This document shows, piece by piece, positions 42,051-52,144 of a stretch of 64,000 nucleotides of DNA. Origin of the DNA: Planctomycetota bacterium (GTDB lineage: Bacteria > Planctomycetota > MHYJ01 > JACPRB01); NCBI GenBank assembly GCA_016190175.1, contig JACPRC010000068.1:9844-73843 (forward strand). Reading direction: 5' to 3'. The position numbers and the translations under genes were made by a program. Each line of letters begins with the position of its first letter. Within the stretch, counting starts at the first letter, position 1. The notes under the pieces were generated by a model, which was not told the DNA's origin, searched no databases, and worked only from the letters and a program-made list of their open reading frames with translations.

Positions 42051-43790
42051 ATGGAGATCATCCGCAAGGGGATTCCTGTGTCGAGCGGCTTCGCCATCGG
42101 CGAGGCCATCGTCCTCGACACCGAGGAGTTCCGGATCCCCCAGCGGACCGTCGCCCCGGAGGAAGTCGAGCCCGAGGTCGTCCGTCTCCAACGGGCCGTC
42201 GAGGCTTCTCGAAGGGAGTTCGAGGGCCATTTGACCAGGCTTTCCAAGAAGACCTCGGGAATCGCGCAGATCCTCCAGGCCCACCTGGGACTCCTCACCG
42301 ACCCGCAGCTCGCCGACGACCTGATCTCGACGATCCGCAAGAACCGTTTCACCGCCGAGTACTCGGTGTCGCGGACCCTGAAGAAGAAGATCAAGGTCCT
42401 CCAGGACTCCGGCTCGTCGGTGTTCCAGGCCGTGATCCGGGACTTTTCCGAGATCGAGAAGGCCCTGATCCGGCAGCTCCTCGGCGCAAAGCGGGAGGAC
42501 ATCTCGCGTCTGACGAAGAAGGTGGTCGTCGTCGCGCACGACCTCACCCCCGCGCAGACGCTCGCCTTCGACCGCGAGAAGGTCCTCGGAATGGTCACCG
42601 AGGTCGGCGGCCGCACCTCCCACACCGCCATCGTCGCGGCGTCGTTCGGCATCCCGGCCGTCGTGGGGGTCGAGGGCGTCACGACGGCCGTGAGCGGCGG
42701 CGACACGATCATCCTCGACGGCACCGGCGGCACCGTGATCGTCAACCCCAGCGAGGCGACGCTCAAGCGCTACCAGGCGATGGAGCGCAACTACGTCCTC
42801 CTGGGCAGGCGGCTCGAGCGCGAGCTGCGCGACCTGCCTGCCGAGACTCGCGACGGACACCGCGCGGAGATCCTCGCGAACATCGAGCTCCCCGGAGAGG
42901 TGGCCGCCGCGATCGAGCACGGGGCGGAGGGGGTGGGGCTCTACCGCACCGAGTACCTGTACCTCCAGAACGGCTTCAACCCCACCGAGCCGGTCCAGAT
43001 CGATGCGTACCGCCAGGCGGTGCAGCTCGTCGGCGGCCGCAAGCTCGTGATCCGCACTCTGGACCTCGGCGCGGACAAGATGCCCCTCGACAGCTTCCCC
43101 CGCGAGGACAACCCCTTCCTCGGGACGCGCGCCGTCCGCCTCTGCCTCGAGCGGCGCGACATCTTCCGCACCCAGCTCCGCGCGATCCTCAAGACCGCGT
43201 CGATGGGCCAGGTCCACGTGATGATTCCCATGATCTCCAGCCTTCACGAGGTGATCGAGGTGCGCGAGTTCGTGGACGAGGTCCGCCGCGAGCTCCAGCG
43301 CGAGGGGGAATCGATCCCCTCCAAGGTGCCGATCGGCATCATGGTCGAGGTCCCCTCCACCGCGATCGTGGCCGACCTCATGGCGGATCACGTGGATTTC
43401 TTCAGCATCGGGACGAACGACCTCATCGCCTACTCGATCGCCGTGGACCGGCTCAACGAGCGCGTCGCGTCCCTCTACCAGCCTTCCCACCCGGCGATCC
43501 TCCGCCTGCTGCGCCACGTCATCCAGGTGGGGGAGGCGCGGGGCAAGCCCGTCTCCGTCTGCGGCGAGATGTCCAGCGACCCGGTCTACACGATCCTGCT
43601 CCTCGGGCTCGGACTGAAGTGCTTCAGCGTCGTGCCGCCGGCGATCCCGGAGATCAAGAAGATCGTTCGCTCCGTGACGATGGAGGAGGCGCGCGCCGTC
43701 GCGGGCAAGGCGTTCGAGTTCAGCGACGCCCGGAAGACGGAGGAGTTCCTCCGGAGCGAGACGCGGAAGATCATTCCGGACGCGCTGTGA
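42051..43790 (+). CDS. ptsI: phosphoenolpyruvate-protein phosphotransferase (Enzyme I)
   Basis: GGRTSHTAIVAASFGIPAVVG (phospho-His), GVGLYRTEYLY and FFSIGTNDLIAY. Confidence 0.92.
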   Translation: MEIIRKGIPVSSGFAIGEAIVLDTEEFRIPQRTVAPEEVEPEVVRLQRAVEASRREFEGHLTRLSKKTSGIAQILQAHLGLLTDPQLADDLISTIRKNRFTAEYSVSRTLKKKIKVLQDSGSSVFQAVIRDFSEIEKALIRQLLGAKREDISRLTKKVVVVAHDLTPAQTLAFDREKVLGMVTEVGGRTSHTAIVAASFGIPAVVGVEGVTTAVSGGDTIILDGTGGTVIVNPSEATLKRYQAMERNYVLLGRRLERELRDLPAETRDGHRAEILANIELPGEVAAAIEHGAEGVGLYRTEYLYLQNGFNPTEPVQIDAYRQAVQLVGGRKLVIRTLDLGADKMPLDSFPREDNPFLGTRAVRLCLERRDIFRTQLRAILKTASMGQVHVMIPMISSLHEVIEVREFVDEVRRELQREGESIPSKVPIGIMVEVPSTAIVADLMADHVDFFSIGTNDLIAYSIAVDRLNERVASLYQPSHPAILRLLRHVIQVGEARGKPVSVCGEMSSDPVYTILLLGLGLKCFSVVPPAIPEIKKIVRSVTMEEARAVAGKAFEFSDARKTEEFLRSETRKIIPDAL

Positions 43791-43899
43791 TCGGGCGTTC
43801 GGCCGTCGAGCGAGGCATGGCGGCCTTCGGAGGCCCAGCGAACACGTTTTCGAGCTCTGCCCCGGTGACAAACAGCAATCAGTGTCCTAGAATGATGTC

Positions 43900-44238
43900 G
43901 TGAGAACGCATGACCCCCATCGACTCGCGGAAGAGCGCAGCTTGGCGCTGCACCGGCGGGTCGCGAGGGAGATCGAACGCGACGAGACGATCGTGCCGCG
44001 GGCCGCGAAGCGCATCGAGGCCTGGCGCGCACGCGGCGCGCTCCATGGCGAATACGCGGAGCGGTGGTTGAGGTTGCTGGGGGGCCCTCGATCGGAGCTG
44101 CTGCGCGCGTTGGTCGACGAAACCGAGGCGGGCCGCGCGTTGCGGCAGAGTTCGCCTTTCAGCTTCGTCGTGCCGCCGCGCGACCGATGGCGCCTGTGGC
44201 GGCAAACGCGCACGCGATTGGAGTCCGGCACCCGATGA
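43900..44238 (+). CDS. small helical protein, putative antitoxin/partner
   Basis: 112-aa ORF with an ATGA overlap to the downstream nucleotidyltransferase-like gene. Confidence 0.55.
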   Translation: MRTHDPHRLAEERSLALHRRVAREIERDETIVPRAAKRIEAWRARGALHGEYAERWLRLLGGPRSELLRALVDETEAGRALRQSSPFSFVVPPRDRWRLWRQTRTRLESGTR

Positions 44239-44783
44239 CCAGGGCGCAACTCGAACACATCATCCGGGCGGCCGCGGACATTGCGGACGACGACGAGATC
44301 ATGATCGTCGGCTCGCAGGCCGTTCTCGGCCAATTCCCCGCCGCCCCCGCCGAACTGCTCGTGTCGAGCGAGGCGGACGTATACCCGAAGAACCGGCCCG
44401 AGCGTGCCGACTTGATCGATGGATCGATCGGCGAGGGATCACCGTTCCACGACACCTTCGGCTATTACGCCCAGGGCGTCGGGCCGGAAACGGCCGTGCT
44501 ACCGGCCGGTTGGACTGCGCGACTCGTGCGCATCCAGAACCGCAACACACGCGACGCGATCGGTTGGTGCCCGGAAATCCACGACCTGGTTTTGTCGAAG
44601 TGCGTCGCCGGGCGCGAGAAGGACTGGCGCTTCCTCGACGGTGCCGTGCGCGCCGGGCTCGTGCGACGGACCATCCTCGCCGCGCGGCTGGCCACCCTGG
44701 AAGTGGCGGATCCGGTGCGCGAGAGCGTCCGTCGGCACATCGCGGCGGTGTTTCGGCGACATGCGGGCGCAGACGGACCATAG
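44235..44783 (+). CDS. nucleotidyltransferase-fold protein (DUF6036-like, from memory)
   Basis: MTRAQLEHIIRAAADIADDDEIMIVGSQAVLGQ...SSEADVYP fits a minimal nucleotidyltransferase GS...D.D pattern. Confidence 0.6.
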   Translation: MTRAQLEHIIRAAADIADDDEIMIVGSQAVLGQFPAAPAELLVSSEADVYPKNRPERADLIDGSIGEGSPFHDTFGYYAQGVGPETAVLPAGWTARLVRIQNRNTRDAIGWCPEIHDLVLSKCVAGREKDWRFLDGAVRAGLVRRTILAARLATLEVADPVRESVRRHIAAVFRRHAGADGP

Positions 44784-45074
44784 CGGCGGTTTCCGAGTCG
44801 GAGCGGCGACCGCCCTCCGCCCCGCGCTTCGGTGCCGGTCTCTGTTGCCTTGCAGCGGGTCATTCCTACGGAGCAACCGCCGAAACGACACCATACTCGG
44901 CCGAAGTTTCCGCGTCTGCCGCCAGCTGCCCGCGTCTACGCCCGGAGACGAGCGTCCGATAGCTTCCGACGCAGCTTCCTGATCGCTTGGCGGCGTTGAT
45001 TTGCCTCGACTTCGCCTTGCTGGACGTATAGATTGACAGGTCGGAGCGGGCGGATCGGTTTCGAGGGCGTGCTC

Positions 45075-46541
45075 ATGCGTTCCACGGCTGCGTTCCTCCT
45101 CTCTCTCGCCATCGCCGGCCCCGCACTCGCACAGGACGTCGTGCGGCTCCGCAACGGACGCCACATCGGCGGCACCGTCGTGATCGACGAGACCGACCAG
45201 AACGGCTTCAAGGTCATCCGGTGGGACACCGGCGGCACCGTCTACGTCCTTCGAAGCCAGGTCACCGAGTACGAGTGGACGCGGCTCCGAAGCGCGCCCG
45301 CCGACGCCCAGGGCGACGCCCTGGAAGGCGTCCGGGTGGTCACGACCGCCAACCGCGAGGTCATCGGAGTTCTCGTCGACGCCGCGGGCACGGCCGTGAC
45401 GCCCCTGCCGAAGTCGAAGGAGGCCCTCGACACCATCGTCCGCGTAAAAACGCGCGACGCCGCGACGCCGGTCTCCGTCCCGCGCGCCTCGATCGCGCTC
45501 TACGAGCCGCTCAAGATCCGAGAGGCGGACGCGTACTCCGCGACGGAGATGGTCGACCGGCGCCTCAAGGCGGTCGACCCGAAGGAGGCGGCGAAGCTGA
45601 TCGAGGTCGCGCAGTTCGCCCGGGGACTGAAACTGTACGACCGGGCGAAGGAGATCCTGCAGCAGGCGGCGGCCGCGGACCCGGCGCGCAAGGAGGAGAT
45701 CGACGCGCAGATCGCCCAGCTCGACCTCCTCATCAAGGAGCAGCAGGCGGAGGCGAAGCTCGCGGAAATCCTCAAGCTCGCCGAGGCGGGGAAGTTCGAC
45801 GACGCCCTCGCCGCCGCGGACAAGTTCGTCCAGGAGTTCGCCGACACGAAGGCGGCGAAGAACAACCCCGACCTCGTCGCCCGCCTGAAGAAAGACCAGG
45901 AGAACTACGCGAAGAACCGCGCGGAGTTCCTGGCACAGCGGGTGCCGGAGGCATGGAGGTCCGTCCGGTCGAGCCTCTTCACCGAATACGCCCGGAGCAA
46001 GTACAAGGTCGACGAGGCGCGCCAGCTCGTCGCCCGCATGGACGACGAGATCCTGGACAAGCTCTCGAAGAAGTTCAACGGCCCGCCCGAGGACGCGGCC
46101 AAGGCGTGGGAGCGCCGCGACCAGAAGAGGAAGACCGTGGACATGGGCACGGGAAGCTGGATCTACAAGGGCGGACAGGACGGCGGATACGACTACGAGT
46201 CCGCCGGCTCGAACGACACGGGCGACGACCTGCTGGACGACTTCACCAGGCGGCTCGGCAGGAAGAAGAAGGACGACAAGCAGCAGCAGGAGACCGGCCT
46301 CAAGATCGACACGAAGGACAAGTGGTGGGCCGAGGCGGGGGACAGCAAGCGCCGGGCATGGTTGGAGACCGAGTACGGCCTCACCTCGAAGTACGTGAAG
46401 AAGGAAAAAGAAGAGGAGAAGAAGTGCTCCCGCTGCCAGGGGGCCGGGACGCTCAAGGCGACCCGGGGCGGGAAGTCGGTGGACGTGATCTGTCCGGTCT
46501 GCCACAAGACGGGGGTCGTCGTATCCGTCACCTATTGGTAG
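45075..46541 (+). CDS. secreted hypothetical protein with a C-terminal DnaJ-type CxxCxGxG zinc finger
   Basis: Signal MRSTAAFLLSLAIAGPALAQD, a long helical middle region, and the C-terminal CSRCQGAGT...CPVCHKTG. Confidence 0.65.
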   Translation: MRSTAAFLLSLAIAGPALAQDVVRLRNGRHIGGTVVIDETDQNGFKVIRWDTGGTVYVLRSQVTEYEWTRLRSAPADAQGDALEGVRVVTTANREVIGVLVDAAGTAVTPLPKSKEALDTIVRVKTRDAATPVSVPRASIALYEPLKIREADAYSATEMVDRRLKAVDPKEAAKLIEVAQFARGLKLYDRAKEILQQAAAADPARKEEIDAQIAQLDLLIKEQQAEAKLAEILKLAEAGKFDDALAAADKFVQEFADTKAAKNNPDLVARLKKDQENYAKNRAEFLAQRVPEAWRSVRSSLFTEYARSKYKVDEARQLVARMDDEILDKLSKKFNGPPEDAAKAWERRDQKRKTVDMGTGSWIYKGGQDGGYDYESAGSNDTGDDLLDDFTRRLGRKKKDDKQQQETGLKIDTKDKWWAEAGDSKRRAWLETEYGLTSKYVKKEKEEEKKCSRCQGAGTLKATRGGKSVDVICPVCHKTGVVVSVTYW

Positions 46542-46553
46542 ACCCGCTAGCCG

Positions 46554-47576
46554 ATGGCTGACAGCCGCTCGACTCTTCTCTTCTCGGCCGCGCTTCCTCT
46601 CCTTCTCTCGGGGTGTTACATCATCCGCCAGGGCTGCGGCCAGCTCGACATCCTCCTCCATCGCAGAAACGTCGATGAGGTCCTTGCCGGCCCCGCCCCG
46701 GAGCCTGAGAAGGAGAAGCTGAAGCTCGTCCTCGAGGCGAAGGCCTTCGGCGAGCGCGTCCTGGCGCTCGAACCCACGGACAACTACACGACCTTCTTCG
46801 ACACCCGGGGCAAGCCGGTCTCCTACGCCGTGACCGCGTGCCGCAAGGACCGCTTCGAACCCTACACCTGGTGGTTTCCGATCGTCGGCACGATCCCGTA
46901 CAAGGGGTTCTTCCGGCGCGAGGACGCGGTCGAGGAGGCCCGCGATCTTGAGGCGGAGGGATACGACGTCAACGTCGGCGTGGTCGGCGCCTACAGCACC
47001 CTCGGATGGTTCTCCGATCCCATCTTCTCTTCGATGCTTCGTCAGTCCGAGGAGGAGCTCGTCGACCTGATCCTTCACGAGCTGACCCACTCGACCGTGT
47101 ACGCGAAAGGCCACGGCGACTTCAACGAATCGCTCGCCGGCTTCGTCGGCCGCGAAGGGGCGCTCGACTTCGCGCGCCGCCGGTGGGGGGAACGGTCGGA
47201 GATCTCCCGCCGCGCGGTCGACCGTTTCGCCGACGAGGACCGGATCGACCGGTTCATGCAGGATCTCTTCCGCGAACTGGACGCCTACTACCGCTCGCGC
47301 CCGGCGAACGTCCTGGCGGGACGCGCCGAGATCTGGGCGAAAGCGCGCGAGCGTCTCCACGAGGTCCAGAAGGAGCTGAAGGTCGAACGGTACGATTGGC
47401 TCCTCAAGGTCGAGGTCAACAACGCGGTCGTGCTCGGGCGGCGCCGCTACGGCCGGACCGACCTCTTCCGGAAGCACTTCGAGGCCGTCGGCGGCGACTG
47501 GCCGAAGTTCTTCGAGCGGATGCGCGCGATCGCGGCGATGCCGGACCCCATACGGGCCCTCGAGGAGTCCCGATGA
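46554..47576 (+). CDS. predicted zinc aminopeptidase lipoprotein
   Basis: Lipobox LLLSGC and an HExxH site (ILHELTHSTVY...NESLAGFVG). Confidence 0.75.
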   Translation: MADSRSTLLFSAALPLLLSGCYIIRQGCGQLDILLHRRNVDEVLAGPAPEPEKEKLKLVLEAKAFGERVLALEPTDNYTTFFDTRGKPVSYAVTACRKDRFEPYTWWFPIVGTIPYKGFFRREDAVEEARDLEAEGYDVNVGVVGAYSTLGWFSDPIFSSMLRQSEEELVDLILHELTHSTVYAKGHGDFNESLAGFVGREGALDFARRRWGERSEISRRAVDRFADEDRIDRFMQDLFRELDAYYRSRPANVLAGRAEIWAKARERLHEVQKELKVERYDWLLKVEVNNAVVLGRRRYGRTDLFRKHFEAVGGDWPKFFERMRAIAAMPDPIRALEESR

Positions 47577-48535
47577 ACGTCCTCGTCGTCGGCGGGACGC
47601 GCAACGTCGGGTACTCCCTCACGTGGCGGCTCCTCGCCGCGGGCCATCGCGTGACGCTCTTCAACCGCGGCACGATCCCCGACCCGTTCGGCGACCGCGT
47701 CGCGCGGCTCCGCGGCGATCGCACGCGCGACCCGCTGCCGGAAGCGCGATTCGACGGCGTCGTCGACTTCGCCGCATACGATGCGCGGGCCGCGCGGCAA
47801 GCCCTCGGCCTGAATGCGGGACACACCGTCTTCATCAGCAGCGGCGCCGTCTACCTCGTCCGCGAGGGCTGCCCGTCGCCGGCGCGCGAGAACGACTACG
47901 ACGGCCCGCTCCTGGCGCGCCCCGATGCGCCCGAGGACGTCGAGGAGTGGGAGTACGGGATGGGCAAGCGCGCGTGCGAGGACGTCCTCGCCGGATCCGC
48001 CGCGACGCGCATCCGCATCCCGATGGTGAACTCGGAGCGCGATCCGTACCGCCGCATCGAGGGCTACCTGTGGCGCATCCTCGACGCCGGGCCCGTGCTG
48101 CTCCCGAACGCGGGCGGCCACGTCGCGCGGCACGTGTACGGCCCGACCGTGGCGGAGGCGATCGCGGGGATGCTCGGCGATCGGCGCACGTTCGGGCAGG
48201 CGTACAACCTCGCGCAGGACGAGACGCCGACGCTCTTCGAGCTGGTGCGGATGCTGTGCGAGATCCTCGGCGCGCCGGCGCGGATCGTCCCTGCGCCCGC
48301 GGCGCTGCTCGACCAGGAGGGGATCCGTCCCGACGCCATCTCGCCGTTCAGCACGGGGTGGATGTCGAACATCGATCCCGCGAGGGCGAAGTCGGAGCTG
48401 GGATTCCGCCATCCGCCGCTGCGGGAGTATCTGTCGCGGATCGTCGCGTCGTTCCTCGCGCATCCGCCCGCCGGGCCGCCCAAGGACTACGCGATGCGGA
48501 CGCGGGAGAGGGAGTTGGCGAGGAGGCTGTCGTGA
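47573..48535 (+). CDS. NAD-dependent epimerase/dehydratase family protein
   Basis: MNVLVVGGTRNVGYSL Rossmann motif (GxxGxxG) and YGMGKRACE (YxxxK). ATGA overlap with the upstream stop. Confidence 0.85.
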   Translation: MNVLVVGGTRNVGYSLTWRLLAAGHRVTLFNRGTIPDPFGDRVARLRGDRTRDPLPEARFDGVVDFAAYDARAARQALGLNAGHTVFISSGAVYLVREGCPSPARENDYDGPLLARPDAPEDVEEWEYGMGKRACEDVLAGSAATRIRIPMVNSERDPYRRIEGYLWRILDAGPVLLPNAGGHVARHVYGPTVAEAIAGMLGDRRTFGQAYNLAQDETPTLFELVRMLCEILGAPARIVPAPAALLDQEGIRPDAISPFSTGWMSNIDPARAKSELGFRHPPLREYLSRIVASFLAHPPAGPPKDYAMRTRERELARRLS

Positions 48536-48624
48536 AGGCGGCGGTTCGCCCACGGACGCCCTTCCGCAGGAAAGGCAGGCTCGGGTCCCCCGCGCACTTC
48601 TTGCATCGCGGTGAAATTTTTCAC

Positions 48625-48653
48625 TTGCTTTTTCCCCCGTCGTGGGGTATCAA
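48625..48653 (+). promoter_or_regulatory. candidate promoter of an orphan transcript
   Basis: TTGCTT (48625-48630), 17-nt spacer, TATCAA (48648-48653). It is preceded by an unusually AT-rich tract, ggtgaaatttttcac. Confidence 0.5.
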
Positions 48654-48659
48654 GAGGGC

Positions 48660-48989
48660 AGTGGCGCTCTTTGAAAGGCCGGTCGCGGACGGGTGGCGGA
48701 CCCGCGCGGGGTGCGTGGGTTCAGTTCCCGCGCCGCCGGGTACCGCAGCTCCAGGGTTGCGTACGTCGCGATCCTCCGCTGCTGGGTGACAGACGCGCGA
48801 AGCGTGCCCGTGCCCGGGGCGTTGCCGGCGCGCCGGGAGTTGGTGGCGACGTCGGTCCGTCGGTTGAAGTCGAGTACCGCAGCACGCCATCCGTGGGTGC
48901 CGTACCGCGAAAGAAGGACTGGAGAAGGGCGCCACGCAAGCTTGGTCGGGCCGCGGTCCCACGAGTCGGGACCGCGGCCCTCGTTTTTT
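48660..48989 (+). ncRNA. candidate structured non-coding RNA (~330 nt), family unknown
   Basis: No ORF with the local codon bias. 48661-48672 (GUGGCGCUCUUU) can pair with 48924-48935 (GAAGGGCGCCAC). An internal T-arm-like hairpin GCGUGGG-UUCAGUU-CCCGCGC is present. The unit ends in a strong intrinsic terminator. Confidence 0.45.
48948..48989 (+). terminator. rho-independent terminator
   Basis: GGGCCGCGGTCCC-acgagtc-GGGACCGCGGCCC followed by TCGTTTTTT. Confidence 0.85.
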
Positions 48990-48997
48990 CCCGCCGG

Positions 48998-49795
48998 CTA
49001 CGGATTGTCCTTCTTCTCCTCCCCCTTCTTCTTCTCCGCGTTCTTCTTCATCTCGTCCTTGAGCGTCGGCCATCCCGCCTTTGCCTTCTCGAGCTCCTTC
49101 TTGAAGTCCGCGACCTCCGCATCCGTCATCTCGCTGGCCCCGCAGGTCGCCTTCCGGCTGCCGAGCTTCTTGAAGTCCTTCTGGTTCTTGACGTCCTTCT
49201 CCCCGACCGAGATGCTCGCGGTCCGCCCATCCTTCGCCGTGTAGCCTTCCACCGCCTTCACCTTCCCGGGGAGCTTGACCGAGGCGCGGTAGTCGAATCC
49301 CGCCATCATCTTCTGGAACATCTCCTCCATCTGCTTCTTCGTCTCCTCGTCCGGGGGCTCCTTCTCCGAGCCGCCGGCCTCTCCCATCTGGTTGTCCACC
49401 ACCTCGAACGCGTAGCCGTCGCCGTCCTTCTTGAACGAGAACTTCATCTTCTCCTTCTTCCCGTCGTCCTCGCTCAGTCGGACCTTGTTGATGTCCTCGA
49501 AGTAGAACGTGATCCGGACGCCCTTCCACCCGCCGAGCTCCGCGCGCTCCGGACGTCCCATCGCGACGATCCCGGCGGAGTTCTTCTCGAACTCCGCGGG
49601 GTCGGAGTTCATCAGCTCGTCGAAGGGATCCTTGGCCTCTCCTCCCATGCCGCCGAACTCCGGGTTCATGGCGAAGGTGTAGACCAGCTTGCCGGAACCG
49701 TCCGGCATGACGAGGATCTCCTCGGTGATCTTAACGCAGCCCGCGACCGTGCAGACGAGCACGGCGCCCAAGGCCAGACAGGCGAGGCGTTTCAT
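48998..49795 (-). CDS. hypothetical lipoprotein
   Basis: MKRLACLALGAVLVCTVAGC lipobox. Lys/Glu-rich 265-aa protein. Confidence 0.7.
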   Translation of the reverse strand: MKRLACLALGAVLVCTVAGCVKITEEILVMPDGSGKLVYTFAMNPEFGGMGGEAKDPFDELMNSDPAEFEKNSAGIVAMGRPERAELGGWKGVRITFYFEDINKVRLSEDDGKKEKMKFSFKKDGDGYAFEVVDNQMGEAGGSEKEPPDEETKKQMEEMFQKMMAGFDYRASVKLPGKVKAVEGYTAKDGRTASISVGEKDVKNQKDFKKLGSRKATCGASEMTDAEVADFKKELEKAKAGWPTLKDEMKKNAEKKKGEEKKDNP

Positions 49796-49877
49796 GACGC
49801 ATTCTCCAAAAGGGGGGTCGCGCGGGATGATACGCCGCAGCCGGCTCCGCGGCACGAGATATCGCCCCGCCTTTGGT

Positions 49878-49906
49878 TTGTCCGCCTCCCCGTGCCGGGG
49901 TATAAT
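49878..49906 (+). promoter_or_regulatory. promoter of the aconitase gene, leaderless configuration
   Basis: TTGTCC, 17-nt spacer, TATAAT (49901-49906). Only 8 nt separate the -10 element from the ATG at 49915, and no RBS is present. Confidence 0.55.
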
Positions 49907-49914
49907 CCCGCCCC

Positions 49915-52131
49915 ATGAACACCGTCGAAACCACCCCCGAGATGGTCGCCCGCGTCTACGAACGCACCCGAAGGAACCTCGATATCGTCCGCCGCCGGCT
50001 CGGCCGTCCGCTCACGCTCAAGGAGAAGATCGCCGCCGGCCACTTCGACGATCCGGAGCGCCAGGAACTCGCCCCCGGCAGGGCGATGCTGGCGTTCCGC
50101 GTCGACCGCGTCGCGATGCAGGACGCCACCGCGCAGATGGCGATCCTCCAGTTCGCGCAGGCCGGCATCCCCCGCGTCGCCGTCCCCACGACCGTCCACT
50201 GCGACCACCTGATCCTGGCCTACGCCGGCGCGGAGAAGGACCGCTCCGCCGCGCTGCAGACGAACCGGGAGGTCTACGACTTCCTCGCCTCGGCGGCGCG
50301 GAAGTTCGGCATCGGCTTCTGGAAGCCCGGCTCCGGCATCATCCACCAGGTCGTCCTCGAGAACTACGCCTTCCCCGGCGGGATGATGATCGGCACCGAC
50401 TCGCACACCGTCAACGCGGGCGGTCTCTGCATGCTCGCGGTGGGCGTCGGCGGCGCCGACGCGGTCGACGCCATGGCCGGGATGCCGTGGGAGGTGAAGC
50501 ACCCGAAGGTCATCGGCGTGCGGCTCACGGGCGAGCTCGGCGGCTGGGCCTCCCCGAAGGACTTGATCCTGTGGGTCTGCCGGCAGCTCACGGTCAAGGG
50601 CGGCACCGACCACGTCGTCGAGTACTTCGGCCCCGGCGCGCGCTCGATCAGTTGCACCGGCAAGGCCACGATCTGCAACATGGGCGCCGAGCACGGCGCC
50701 ACGACCTCCGTCTTCCCGTACGACGAGCGGATGGCGACGTACCTCCGCGCCACCGGGCGCGCCGCGATCGCCGATCTTGCGGATCGAAACGCCGATCTCC
50801 TGCGACCGGACGAAAGCGCGAGCTACGACCGGGTCCTGGAGCTCGACCTCTCGAACCTCGAGCCGCACGTCACGGGTCCGCACACGCCCGACCGCGCGCG
50901 TCCGATCTCGCAGCTCGCGGCCGAGGCGGCGAGGGAGGGCTTCCCGGACCGGATCCGCGCGGCGCTCATCGGGAGCTGCACGAATTCCTCGTACGAGGAC
51001 CTCGCGCGGGCCGTCGACGTCGCGGCCCAGGCGGCAAGAGCGGGGCTCAAGGCGCAGGCGCCGCTCCTCGTCTCGCCCGGCTCGGACCAGATCTTCGAGA
51101 CGGTGAAGCGCGACGGCTTCGTCCAGACGCTCGAGTCGATCGGCGCGACGGTGCTCGCCAACGCGTGCGGCCCCTGCATCGGCCAGTGGAAGCGCGACGA
51201 CGTGAAGCCCGGCGAGAAGAACACGATCGTGAACTCCTTCAACCGGAACTTCCCGGCGCGCAACGACGGCAATCCCGAGACGCTCTCCTTCATCGCGAGC
51301 CCGGAGATCGTGATGGCCTTCGCCCTGGCCGGGCGGCTGGGTTTCAATCCGCTGGCGGATGCGCTCCCCGGCGGCGTGAAGCTGCGCCCGCCTCAACCGG
51401 CCGACGAGGTCCCGCGCGCCGGATTCGTGATGCCGCGCGAGGGCTACGTCGCGCCGGCCGAGGACGGCTCGCAGGTCGAGATCGTTGTCCCGCCGGACAG
51501 CTCGCGCCTCCAGCTCCTGCGGCCGTTCGAGCCCTGGGACGGAAAGGACTTCGCCCGCTGCCCGCTCCTCCTCAAGGCGAAGGGGAAGTGCACGACGGAC
51601 CACATCTCGCCCGCGGGGAAGTGGCTCGCCTTCCGCGGCCACCTCGACAAGATCAGCGACAACATGCTCACAGGCGCGATCGACGCCTTCACGGGGGCGC
51701 CCGCCGCGGATGCGCCGAAGCGTGCCCGCGAGTTCAAGGCGAAGGGGGATCGCTGGGTCGTCGTCGGCGACGAGAACTACGGCGAAGGGTCGAGCCGCGA
51801 ACACGCGGCGATGTCGCCGCGCCATCTCGGCGCCGCCGCGGTCGTCACGAGGAGCTTCGCGCGCATCCACGAGACGAACCTCAAGAAGCAGGGGATCCTG
51901 CCTTTCACGTTCGAGACGCCGGCGGACTACGAGAAGGTGCGGGCCGGCGACCGGATCAGCATCACGGGACTCGCGGAACTGGCGCCCGGCAAGCCCGTGC
52001 GCTGCGTCCTGCACCACGCCGACGGCAAGGACGAGGAGATCCGGCTCAGGCACTCGCTTTCGACGGAGCAGATCGAGTGGTTCAAGGCGGGGAGCGCGCT
52101 GAACCGGCTCAAAACCCGCCCGCCCGTATGA
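49915..52131 (+). CDS. acnA: aconitate hydratase (about 740-aa, mitochondrial-type/AcnA-like)
   Basis: [36 protein letters not shown] and [15 protein letters not shown]. Confidence 0.92.
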   Translation: MNTVETTPEMVARVYERTRRNLDIVRRRLGRPLTLKEKIAAGHFDDPERQELAPGRAMLAFRVDRVAMQDATAQMAILQFAQAGIPRVAVPTTVHCDHLILAYAGAEKDRSAALQTNREVYDFLASAARKFGIGFWKPGSGIIHQVVLENYAFPGGMMIGTDSHTVNAGGLCMLAVGVGGADAVDAMAGMPWEVKHPKVIGVRLTGELGGWASPKDLILWVCRQLTVKGGTDHVVEYFGPGARSISCTGKATICNMGAEHGATTSVFPYDERMATYLRATGRAAIADLADRNADLLRPDESASYDRVLELDLSNLEPHVTGPHTPDRARPISQLAAEAAREGFPDRIRAALIGSCTNSSYEDLARAVDVAAQAARAGLKAQAPLLVSPGSDQIFETVKRDGFVQTLESIGATVLANACGPCIGQWKRDDVKPGEKNTIVNSFNRNFPARNDGNPETLSFIASPEIVMAFALAGRLGFNPLADALPGGVKLRPPQPADEVPRAGFVMPREGYVAPAEDGSQVEIVVPPDSSRLQLLRPFEPWDGKDFARCPLLLKAKGKCTTDHISPAGKWLAFRGHLDKISDNMLTGAIDAFTGAPAADAPKRAREFKAKGDRWVVVGDENYGEGSSREHAAMSPRHLGAAAVVTRSFARIHETNLKKQGILPFTFETPADYEKVRAGDRISITGLAELAPGKPVRCVLHHADGKDEEIRLRHSLSTEQIEWFKAGSALNRLKTRPPV

Positions 52132-52144
52132 TAGACTTCGGGCG

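Noticed and set aside
48600-48730. Cobalamin-riboswitch-like words on the minus strand (GCCACTG, GGTCCGCCACCCGT, GGGGGAAAAAGC).
   Set aside because: There is no minus-strand gene downstream to regulate, because the region runs into the 3' end of a plus-strand gene. The other conserved B12-element helices could not be recognised. Probably a chance resemblance.
48690-48745. tRNA, tRNA-Sec or tmRNA suggested by a T-arm-like GUGGG-UUCAGUU-CCCGC hairpin.
   Set aside because: I could not build a complete cloverleaf: no anticodon or D arm, and no matching acceptor strand of the correct spacing. The 5' GGGG and 3' CCA features of tmRNA are absent. The hairpin is kept only as part of the unknown ncRNA candidate.
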